From the NCBI GenBank assembly GCA_030549845.1, contig JAUQQN010000001.1, positions 270,001-302,000 of the forward strand: 32,000 bases of DNA, read 5' to 3'. The notes below the pieces were generated by a model. That model was not told the origin of the DNA. It saw nothing but the letters and a program-made list of their open reading frames with translations, and did no database searches. Made by a program: the position numbers and the translations under genes. This document shows positions 1 through 7,579 of this stretch, piece after piece. Source of the DNA: Patescibacteria group bacterium. GTDB taxonomy: Bacteria; Patescibacteriota; Minisyncoccia; UBA6257; HR35. Numbering within the stretch: the stretch's first letter is position 1; each line of letters starts with the position of its first letter.

Positions 1-8
1 AGCTTTTT

Positions 9-2051
9 TTGTGGTTTCTTTTTATAATTCTCTTACTCTCTTTAAGTGCTTTTTTACTTTTTGCTGCTTTTACAATCAAAAATTTACCCAATCCTGAGAT
101 ATTAGCAAAAACCACAACAAGTGGTAGCCTTCAAATATACGATAGAACAGGTACTATATTACTTTATGAAGTAGGTTTAAGAAAATATTGGGCAAATTAT
201 GAAGACTTTGGAAAAAATATAATTTATGCAACATTGGCCGCTGAAGATGATTCTTTTTTTGAACATAAAGGAATAAGTATAAAAGGAATTTTGAGATCAA
301 TTTGGCTTAATTTAAAGACGAGAAGTTTAACTTATGGTGGATCAACTATTACTCAACAACTTGCTAGAAATTTATTTTTGACTCAAGAAAAAACTTTATT
401 AAGAAAAATTCAAGAGATTGTTTTAGCAATAGAATTAGAAAGAAGGTTTTCTAAAGAAGATATTTTGACATATTATTTAAATTCAATATATTATGGAGCA
501 GGGAATATAGGCATAAAAGCTGCTGCTGATTTTTATTTTAATAAAAATATAAAAGACTTAACATTAGCAGAAGCAGCTACCTTAGCAGCAATTCCAAAGT
601 CACCAAAATATTATGAACCAACAAATGAAAATAATCTAAAAAGATTAAAAGAAAGAAGGGATTTAATTTTAAAAAGATTATTAGATTTGAAATGGATAAG
701 CGATGATGAGTATACTCAAGCTGTAAACAGTGAATTAAAAATCACCAAAAAGAAATATACAAAAATTGCTGCCCCTCATTTTGTTATTGAAGTTAAAAAA
801 ATATTAGAAAATATGTTTCCTAATAAAAATCTAGAAAATTCTGGTTTTAAGGTAATTACAACTTTGAATTATAACTATCAAAAAATTGCTGAAGAAGTTG
901 TTAAAGAAGGAGCATTAAAAAATGAGGAAAAAAGTGGTGCTAGAAATGCTGCTCTTTTAATGATGGACACAAAAACTGGGGAAATATTAGCTATGGTAGG
1001 ATCTAGAGATTTTTTTGATGAGTCTATTCAAGGACAAGTTAATATGACTACTGCACCTCGGCAACCTGGATCTGCATTCAAGCCAATATCATATGTTACA
1101 TTATTTCAGTTAGGTTATCCGATAGAGACAATAGTTTTTGATGTGCCTACAAATTTTGGTACTCCAGAAAATCCTTATTTCCCTAAAAATTTTGATGAAA
1201 GATTTAGGGGACCTGTAGATTTAAAAACAGCATTAGCACAATCTATTAATGTACCTGCTGTTAAAGTATTTTACTTAGCTGGGCCAGAAAGAGTAATAGA
1301 AAATGCAAAAAAGTTTGGGATTACAACCTTAAAAGACCCTCAGTATTATGGGCTTTCTTTAGCTTTAGGTAGCGCTGAAGTAAAAATGATAGATTTAGTA
1401 AAAGCTTATAGTGTATTTGCAAATGATGGAGAACTTGTAAGTCAAAGTTTAATTTTGAAAATTTATGACCATAACAATAATTTAATTTATGAATATAAAC
1501 CTGAAAGAAAAAGAGTAATAGATAGTCAGCCAGTTAGAATGTTAAATTTTATATTAAAAGATTACGAAGCTAGGAGAGGTTTACTTGTTGCTTCTTTACC
1601 ATTGACCAAAATCGATGATTATGAAATTGCTATAAAAACAGGAACTAGTGAATATTATAGAGATGCTTGGACAATTGGCTATACTCCTAATTTTGTTGTA
1701 GCAGTGTGGGCAGGGAACACTGATGGAAAACCTACAAAAAAAGGAGCAAGTATTGTGGCTACCCTTCCTATATGGCATAATTTTGTAAAACAAATTATCA
1801 AAGATTATCCAAAAACAAAATTTTTAGAACCATTACCAGTAAGAGTAAATAAACCTATGTTAAATGGTAAGTGGTATGATGAAATTTACGGGGTTCATGA
1901 AATTTTACATTATGTGGATAGAAACAATCCTTTAGGTCCTATTCCTTCTAACCCCTATAAAGATCCTCAATATATAAAGTGGGAATCTGCTCTCCAAATT
2001 TGGCTTAATCAACAAGGATTTTTACTGAATACCCTTCAAAAAAAACTTTAA
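9..2051 (+). CDS. ponA: Class A (bifunctional) penicillin-binding protein, PBP1A-type glycosyltransferase/transpeptidase. Probably 5'-truncated by the window edge.
   Basis: An N-terminal TM helix is followed by GT51 motifs (EDDSFFEHKGI, GGSTITQQLARN, RKIQE). The transpeptidase motifs are SxxK (SAFKP), SxN (SINVPA) and KTG (KTGTS). The frame is open back to the window start and the ORF-track start is a TTG, so the true start may lie upstream. Confidence 0.9.
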   Translation: MWFLFIILLLSLSAFLLFAAFTIKNLPNPEILAKTTTSGSLQIYDRTGTILLYEVGLRKYWANYEDFGKNIIYATLAAEDDSFFEHKGISIKGILRSIWLNLKTRSLTYGGSTITQQLARNLFLTQEKTLLRKIQEIVLAIELERRFSKEDILTYYLNSIYYGAGNIGIKAAADFYFNKNIKDLTLAEAATLAAIPKSPKYYEPTNENNLKRLKERRDLILKRLLDLKWISDDEYTQAVNSELKITKKKYTKIAAPHFVIEVKKILENMFPNKNLENSGFKVITTLNYNYQKIAEEVVKEGALKNEEKSGARNAALLMMDTKTGEILAMVGSRDFFDESIQGQVNMTTAPRQPGSAFKPISYVTLFQLGYPIETIVFDVPTNFGTPENPYFPKNFDERFRGPVDLKTALAQSINVPAVKVFYLAGPERVIENAKKFGITTLKDPQYYGLSLALGSAEVKMIDLVKAYSVFANDGELVSQSLILKIYDHNNNLIYEYKPERKRVIDSQPVRMLNFILKDYEARRGLLVASLPLTKIDDYEIAIKTGTSEYYRDAWTIGYTPNFVVAVWAGNTDGKPTKKGASIVATLPIWHNFVKQIIKDYPKTKFLEPLPVRVNKPMLNGKWYDEIYGVHEILHYVDRNNPLGPIPSNPYKDPQYIKWESALQIWLNQQGFLLNTLQKKL

Positions 2052-2226
2052 CCATACTTTCAAGTTTTTTTATCTCTTCAAAATTTGGTCTTTTGTCTAT
2101 CCTTAAGTAGATATTTTTGTTTTTATGATCAACCTTGATATAAATCTTGTAGTGAGGTGGTATTTCTTTTTTTAAATTTTCTACCAATTCTAAAAGTTTT
2201 GATTTTCTAATTTCAATACGCTCCAT
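2005..2226 (-). CDS. Small hypothetical protein (73 aa) immediately downstream of dnaN
   Basis: The ORF's start codon shares one base with the dnaN stop (position 2226). It is Lys/Glu-rich with no motif I can name. Its 3' end overlaps the convergent PBP gene by 47 nt. Confidence 0.5.
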   Translation of the reverse strand: MERIEIRKSKLLELVENLKKEIPPHYKIYIKVDHKNKNIYLRIDKRPNFEEIKKLESMVKVFFEGYSVKILVD

Positions 2227-3353
2227 TAAATTGGCATTAATATATAAATAAAATCTTCTTCTAGGGGTGATTTCAAAAGAATAGGTTTTATTCCATATTC
2301 TGATGGTAAATTAATACCAACAAAAACTTTCTCACTATCTATATTTTTAATACCTTCATACAAAAAATCAATATTAAAAGACATTTCTACTTTTTCTTCG
2401 TTATCTAATTTTTCCAAATCTATTCCTATAGTATTTTTTGTTTCACCAAGTAAATCATTTTTTGAATAAAATTCTATTGTTTTTTCCTTGGTATTAATAG
2501 TTACCTTTAGTTCTTTTGATTGATCTGTGTATACTTTATTCAATTTCAAAGCCTTTAAACTTTCATCTCTGTTTATATAGAAGATAATATTGAAATCTTT
2601 GGGGATAACTTGTTGATAATCTGGATAATCTATAGTTAATAATTTTGTTAATAAAACCTGATCATCTAAATCAAAGGTAATTTGAGCTTTCTCTATATAA
2701 ATTCTTAATTTTAATGGTTTCTTCTTTATTTTTAAATACTCAGTAATTATTCTTTCTGGAATCAAGATTTTTTCTTCTTGGATATTAGTAATAACTAAAT
2801 CTTTTTTAAATTTAACCTCAGATAATCTTATAGTATCAGTAGTTACAAGCTTGACATAATTATTATCAATCACCATATAAACCCCAGCAAATTCTGGTTT
2901 TATTATATTTGCAGTTTTTATATTCCCATAAATTTTTTCTAAATAACCTTCAAAAAGTCTATTTTCTATTTCTAAATAAATATCCTCATTGTAATCAGGT
3001 ATTAATGGATACTCTTCTTCTGAAACACCTGGTAGATTTGAAATACTTGATTTACTTTTAATCAATAAATTATTTTCTGTGCTTTCTAAAGTTATATCTT
3101 CTTCAAAAAAATTTTGAAGAACTTCATAAAATTGTTTTGCTGGTATTAAAACCACTCCTTCTTCAATTATTTTTTTAGGTAAAACAGAGGCTTTATATGA
3201 AATTTCTAAATCAGTTGCAAATATATTTAATTTTTCTCCTTTTGCTTCTAATTTAAAAAAATTCAAAACACTTAAATCAGTCTTTTTTGGACAAATTCTA
3301 TTAACTACTGTTATTTTATCTAGTAATGATGTTTTTGATATATTTACTTTCAT
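2226..3353 (-). CDS. dnaN: DNA polymerase III beta subunit (sliding clamp)
   Basis: 375 aa, lying directly downstream of dnaA. The length, the beta-clamp-like N-terminus (MKVNISKTSLLDKITVVNRI) and a periodicity consistent with three domains all fit DnaN. Confidence 0.9.
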   Translation of the reverse strand: MKVNISKTSLLDKITVVNRICPKKTDLSVLNFFKLEAKGEKLNIFATDLEISYKASVLPKKIIEEGVVLIPAKQFYEVLQNFFEEDITLESTENNLLIKSKSSISNLPGVSEEEYPLIPDYNEDIYLEIENRLFEGYLEKIYGNIKTANIIKPEFAGVYMVIDNNYVKLVTTDTIRLSEVKFKKDLVITNIQEEKILIPERIITEYLKIKKKPLKLRIYIEKAQITFDLDDQVLLTKLLTIDYPDYQQVIPKDFNIIFYINRDESLKALKLNKVYTDQSKELKVTINTKEKTIEFYSKNDLLGETKNTIGIDLEKLDNEEKVEMSFNIDFLYEGIKNIDSEKVFVGINLPSEYGIKPILLKSPLEEDFIYILMPI

Positions 3354-3450
3354 AATAATAATAAAGTTTAAAATTGTGGATTTAATTACAAATTAATTAA
3401 AAATTATACAATTTTTCATAAAAACTTTTTGTGGATGAAATGTTAATTAA
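3354..3450. other. Candidate oriC / DnaA-box region in the dnaA-dnaN intergenic spacer
   Basis: This is a 97-nt, almost pure A/T spacer. It contains two same-orientation DnaA-box-like 9-mers that are complements of the TTATCCACA consensus. They are TGTGGATTT at 3375-3383 (7/9) and TGTGGATGA at 3430-3438 (8/9), flanking an AT-rich core (aattaattaaaaattatacaattttt). Confidence 0.45.
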
Positions 3451-4800
3451 TTATTCATTTAAAATCCTGTTCTTTAAAACTTCTATTTCTTGAAATAAAT
3501 CGAAGCTTTCTTGAATTTCTTTTTCAATTTTTTCGCAAGAATATAAAACTGTTGTATGGTCTCTTTTGTTTAATAATTCACCTATTGAATTATAAGATAA
3601 TTTCCCTATTTCTCTTAATAAATACATTGCAACTTGTCTTGGTTTAATGAGTTCCTTTTTCCTTATTTTTTTAGTTAAATCTTCTTCTTTTATATTGTAA
3701 AATTCAGCTACTATTTTGAGAATTTTTTTAGGTGAAATAGTTTTTATATTATGCCTTTGATATTCTTTAATAAGAGTTTCAATTTTTTCTGGTGTAGCAT
3801 CCTTTAAAGACCTTAATTTAAAAGCGGTATAATTTAAAGCTCCTTCTAGCTCTCTTATATTTTTTGTAATTTTTTGAGCAATTATTTCTAAAATATAATC
3901 CGGTAAATAATAAGCCCTTTCTTGGTTTTTAAGTCTTAAAATAGCAAATCTTGTTTCAAAATCAGGAGGTGTAATATCTATTACTAAACCACCTTCAAAT
4001 CTAGATTGTAGTCTTTCTTCAATATCAGGTATCATTTTAGGAGGTCTATCTGATGAAAAAACTATTTGTTTTCTTGCATTATATAACTCATTAAATGTAT
4101 GAAAAAGCTCTTCTTGTGATTTGGTTTTACCTGAAAGAAAATGGACATCATCTAAAATTAGAACATCAACTTCTCTAAACTTCTGCCTAAATTCTTCTAT
4201 ATTTTGGTTTTTTAATGTATTTATAAGCTCATTAGTAAATTGTTCTGTTGTAGCATACCTCACTTTTTTAGTTGTGCTGTATTTTTTGACAATTTCATTC
4301 CCAATTGCTTGTAAAAGATGTGTTTTACCTAAACCAACTCCACCCCAAATAAAAAGAGGATTAAATTTTTCACCCAAATTATTTACTACACCTTGCGCAG
4401 CTGCAAACGCTAACTCATTATTACTTCCTACTACAAAATTTTCAAAAGTATATTTTGGATTAAGGTTAGTAGAAGGGCTTACCTCAAAAATTGTTATTTT
4501 TTGACTAAAAAGATATTTTCTAATTCTTGTCTTTTTAACTTCATTGCTGCTTATTATGTATTCTATTGATTTAAGTTCTTTAAAAACTTCTTTAGCTGTT
4601 TTTAATAAAATTACATGGAATTTATTTTCTAACCAATTTTTCACTAGTTTATTAGGAACTTCTAGTTGTAATATTCCGTTTAAAATCTGAAGAGGTACAA
4701 CATTACTAAACCAAGTTTTAATTGTTGGTTTTGATACTCTTTCTTCTAAAATTGTTATAATTTTTTGCCAACCAGTATTTAAATCAAGTTTATCTTCCAT
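3451..4800 (-). CDS. dnaA: Chromosomal replication initiator protein DnaA
   Basis: Contains AAA+ Walker A (GGVGLGKTHLLQAIGNE) and Walker B (VLILDDVHFL). The C-terminal DnaA-box-binding helix-turn-helix region is present (KPRQVAMYLLRE ... DHTTVLYSCEKIE). Synteny is the canonical rpmH<>dnaA-dnaN arrangement. Confidence 0.97.
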   Translation of the reverse strand: MEDKLDLNTGWQKIITILEERVSKPTIKTWFSNVVPLQILNGILQLEVPNKLVKNWLENKFHVILLKTAKEVFKELKSIEYIISSNEVKKTRIRKYLFSQKITIFEVSPSTNLNPKYTFENFVVGSNNELAFAAAQGVVNNLGEKFNPLFIWGGVGLGKTHLLQAIGNEIVKKYSTTKKVRYATTEQFTNELINTLKNQNIEEFRQKFREVDVLILDDVHFLSGKTKSQEELFHTFNELYNARKQIVFSSDRPPKMIPDIEERLQSRFEGGLVIDITPPDFETRFAILRLKNQERAYYLPDYILEIIAQKITKNIRELEGALNYTAFKLRSLKDATPEKIETLIKEYQRHNIKTISPKKILKIVAEFYNIKEEDLTKKIRKKELIKPRQVAMYLLREIGKLSYNSIGELLNKRDHTTVLYSCEKIEKEIQESFDLFQEIEVLKNRILNE

Positions 4801-4835
4801 ATTTTAAAAATTATATTATAATAAATTTACTGGGA

Positions 4836-4952
4836 ATGAATACGGTTAAAAAGAAAAAAAAGAAAACAGGATTTTTAGCAAGGTCAAGTTATAAAGCAGG
4901 GAGAAAAATTTTGCAGAGAAGAAGGAGAAAAGGTAGGAAAAGATTAGCTTAA
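4836..4952 (+). CDS. rpmH: 50S ribosomal protein L34 (38 aa). Not present in the supplied ORF track.
   Basis: Manual translation gives MNTVKKKKKKTGFLARSSYKAGRKILQRRRRKGRKRLA*. This matches the L34 pattern (..HGF.AR..T..GRK.L.RRR.KGRK.L). The stop TAA (4950-4952) overlaps the rnpA ATG as TAATG. The rpmH-rnpA-yidC order, divergent from dnaA, is canonical. Confidence 0.85.
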   Translation: MNTVKKKKKKTGFLARSSYKAGRKILQRRRRKGRKRLA

Positions 4953-5290
4953 TGCTTCCGAAAAAATATAAATTAAAGAAAATAGACTTTGAAAATATTT
5001 TTAAAGTGGCGAAAAAATTTAATAATGAATATTTTGTGGTTTTAAAAGTAAATAAATTAGAAAAAAAATTTGGAGTATTTCCAAGTTTAAAAGAATTTAA
5101 AAAGGCGGTAGAGAGAAATAAAATCAAAAGGAGGATATTTGAAATTATAAGATTAAATTTTGATAAAATACCTTTAGGGTGGTTTTTAATTTTTCCAAAA
5201 AAGAATTGTTTAAAATTAAACTTTGAAGAATTAAAGAAAAAATTGTTAGAAATAATTATTAACATAAAATCCACAAATTATTCACAATGA
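4952..5290 (+). CDS. rnpA: Ribonuclease P protein component
   Basis: 112 aa and basic, with the RNase P protein RNR motif (KAVERNKIKRRIFEIIR). It sits between rpmH and yidC. Confidence 0.85.
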   Translation: MLPKKYKLKKIDFENIFKVAKKFNNEYFVVLKVNKLEKKFGVFPSLKEFKKAVERNKIKRRIFEIIRLNFDKIPLGWFLIFPKKNCLKLNFEELKKKLLEIIINIKSTNYSQ

Positions 5291-5913
5291 AAGAAATTTT
5301 TTACGGAATTTTCGTTCATCCGCTTGTAGTTATTCTTTTAACTATTTATTTGTTTTTGAATGATTTTGGAATCACGATAATTTTAATGAGTCTTTTGTTA
5401 AAAATATTTTTAAGTCCACTTTCTTTTTTACAATATTTGGAAGAGAAGAAACTAAAAAAAATACGGGAAAGAGTTAATAAGGAAACTATAAATATAAAAG
5501 ATTTTATAAAAAAAGTTGAAATTATGAATAAAATTTACGAAGAAGAAAAATTCAGTCCATTTAAAAATATTTTGATTAACTTTTCTTTAATTCCATTTTA
5601 CTTAGGAGCAATTCTAGCAATTTATGAATTAGTTAAAACAATCCCAAACGCTTTATTTTTGAATTATGTAAATTTACTAAAACCGAATATTTATCTGGCT
5701 TTTATCACAACATTTTTTAATTTTTATTATGCTTATAACCAACCAGGAGAAAATAGGAAAATTATGTTTTTTATTTTTGGAGTGCTTTCAGTAATACTTT
5801 TTACTTTACCATCCTTTTTAATTTTATATATATTAACTTCGATTATTTTGAGTTTTTTAGAGAGAAAGATTTTCGATTGGTACTACGTAAAGTTTATTAT
5901 CAAATCTGTTTAA
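5287..5913 (+). CDS. yidC: Membrane protein insertase YidC/Oxa1 family (short form)
   Basis: Polytopic membrane protein whose first TM segment resembles the YidC core (GITIILMSLLLKIFLSPLSFLQ), followed by a basic loop. It has an ATGA overlap with rnpA, and the synteny is canonical. Confidence 0.75.
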   Translation: MKEIFYGIFVHPLVVILLTIYLFLNDFGITIILMSLLLKIFLSPLSFLQYLEEKKLKKIRERVNKETINIKDFIKKVEIMNKIYEEEKFSPFKNILINFSLIPFYLGAILAIYELVKTIPNALFLNYVNLLKPNIYLAFITTFFNFYYAYNQPGENRKIMFFIFGVLSVILFTLPSFLILYILTSIILSFLERKIFDWYYVKFIIKSV

Positions 5914-6936
5914 AAATATTACACCTAAAGGAGTTATAACAGGTTGTAAAATATCAAATTTTCCATCTAAATCAAAATACTTAAGTTCGTTTTTAATTGG
6001 ATCAAAAATTACTAATCTATCATTAAAGTTTTCTTTGTAATAATACCACCTTGTTAAATCAGTGATAGACTGATTTAAGGGAACGCCACAAACAAGCTTT
6101 GTTTTAAATGTACATTTTTCTTTTAATGTTCCAAAATTGAATTCTTTAAGTTTAATCCCTTTTGAGTTAATTAAATAACTTTTCCATTCTTTTTCTAATA
6201 AAGAAACAAAAATCAAGTCTTTTTTGTTAGATAATGCACTTAAATTAATGCCATTTTCTAATAAAATTGTTTTTTCTCCTCTTTTGTTAATAAGAATTAA
6301 TGGTGAAGAATATGTATATTTTAAGTTTTCATAAACTAAGATACCATTCTCAATTACATCAAACTCAGGGTTTAAAATATAAATATCTACAAAAGGTTCT
6401 AGAGATTTTTTAAAGGTTGCTAAATAAGAAAATTCATTTGTTAATACATAGATATATAAATCATCTCCATACCAAAATGTTTTTTTAGTGCTTCTTGGAA
6501 GTTTTTCTATTCTATCTTTTGTGGTATCTAATAAATAATAATCTTCATCTTTTTTAAAAATAATTTTCGTTTTTGAATTAGAAAAAGAGATATTTTTAAT
6601 ACCCTCTTTTTTATAAAATTCTTTATAAGTTTTATCTTCTATATTTATTTCTTTAATAGTTTTTGACTCTGGATCATAAGCATATATATAAGGATAATCT
6701 ATTTCAGGATATAATAAAATTTTTTCATAAAGAATATTAGGTTTTTTTACTTCTTTTTGTTCAATTCCTCCAACCGAAGGAGAAGGCTCTTCGATACTTT
6801 CTTCTATAGTTTTTTCTTCTGTTATTTTAATTTCCTCAGGTTGTTTTGGTTTCAATTCTTTATAAAAGTAAAAAATAAAGCTTATGAATAAGATCAAAAC
6901 TAAAACGAAGAAAATTTTTTTAACTGTACCTATCAT
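5857..6936 (-). CDS. Hypothetical N-terminally membrane-anchored protein, last gene of the T4SS-like operon
   Basis: A TM helix (IFFVLVLILFISFIFYFY) is followed by an acidic linker and a large Tyr/Lys/Asn-rich domain that looks beta-rich. The 4-nt overlap with the upstream gene implies co-translation. No family is recognised. Confidence 0.7.
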   Translation of the reverse strand: MIGTVKKIFFVLVLILFISFIFYFYKELKPKQPEEIKITEEKTIEESIEEPSPSVGGIEQKEVKKPNILYEKILLYPEIDYPYIYAYDPESKTIKEINIEDKTYKEFYKKEGIKNISFSNSKTKIIFKKDEDYYLLDTTKDRIEKLPRSTKKTFWYGDDLYIYVLTNEFSYLATFKKSLEPFVDIYILNPEFDVIENGILVYENLKYTYSSPLILINKRGEKTILLENGINLSALSNKKDLIFVSLLEKEWKSYLINSKGIKLKEFNFGTLKEKCTFKTKLVCGVPLNQSITDLTRWYYYKENFNDRLVIFDPIKNELKYFDLDGKFDILQPVITPLGVIFLNRFDNKLYVVPIENLSL

Positions 6937-7565
6937 TTTTTTCTTTTTATAAAATAAATTATAAGAACAAAAACCAAAATAGCCCCAATTGTTGCTAAAG
7001 TTATCAAAAAAATATTAGAGAAAATTTTAGAAGGCAAGGGAATTTCTTTTTCAGTAGTTTTTGTTACCACTTTAAATTGTGTGGTTATAGGAACTAACTC
7101 CTTTATTGGTTGAGAAAATGGATAATTTGGGTTTTTTGCTGTTTTACAATCTAAGGGACATAAATTTTCTTCTCCTGGTTCACATATATTATTTTCATTA
7201 CAAATTGTTAACCCTGATAAATCTAAATTTTCTTTTTGGTTATTTTTTGCATTGATTAGTTCTATTTTACTTAAATTTAAATAATTAGGAATTGTAATAA
7301 AATCAAAATAAGGTTCATTACTGGGAGAAAAATAAATTATATCAATAATCTGATTTTTAGTGTTATAAATTAAAAGCAAATAATCTTTGCCATTTCTATT
7401 TACAGTTTCATTACTGTTATTTGAATATTCTGCTCCTTTAAAATAATTGAATTTTATTTCATTATTTTCTTTAATAAAATAGATAGTTAAAAATTTAGGA
7501 AATTCTGTTTCTCCCGTTTCGCTTTCTTCAAGTTCTTCAGGTAAAATTGTTAATATTTTTTTCAT
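6933..7565 (-). CDS. Hypothetical protein with a C-terminal TM anchor and a 4-Cys motif
   Basis: The C-terminal hydrophobic helix is followed by KRKK (IFLITLATIGAILVFVLIIYFIKRKK). A Cys cluster CNENNICEPGEENLCPLDC is present. No obvious N-terminal signal peptide. It lies within the operon. Confidence 0.65.
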   Translation of the reverse strand: MKKILTILPEELEESETGETEFPKFLTIYFIKENNEIKFNYFKGAEYSNNSNETVNRNGKDYLLLIYNTKNQIIDIIYFSPSNEPYFDFITIPNYLNLSKIELINAKNNQKENLDLSGLTICNENNICEPGEENLCPLDCKTAKNPNYPFSQPIKELVPITTQFKVVTKTTEKEIPLPSKIFSNIFLITLATIGAILVFVLIIYFIKRKK

Positions 7566-7579
7566 AGATTTATTTTAAA

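Noticed and set aside
4121-4504. 127-aa plus-strand ORF inside dnaA
   Set aside because: It is antisense to the AAA+ domain of dnaA. It is a shadow ORF typical of AT-rich genomes with few stops in one antisense frame.
4846-5274. 142-aa ORF on the minus strand covering rpmH and rnpA
   Set aside because: It is low-complexity (Phe/Leu/Ser/Asn-rich) and is the mirror image of Lys/Glu-rich coding sequence. It is fully antisense to two confidently identified genes (rpmH, rnpA) in canonical synteny.
5267-5286. Two tandem DnaA-box-like 9-mers (AAATCCACA at 5267-5275 and TTATTCACA at 5278-5286) at the rnpA/yidC junction
   Set aside because: They lie inside coding sequence in a very AT-rich genome, where 7-8/9 matches are expected by chance. 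The location is not a usual origin site. They would need a PWM scan with background statistics to be taken seriously.
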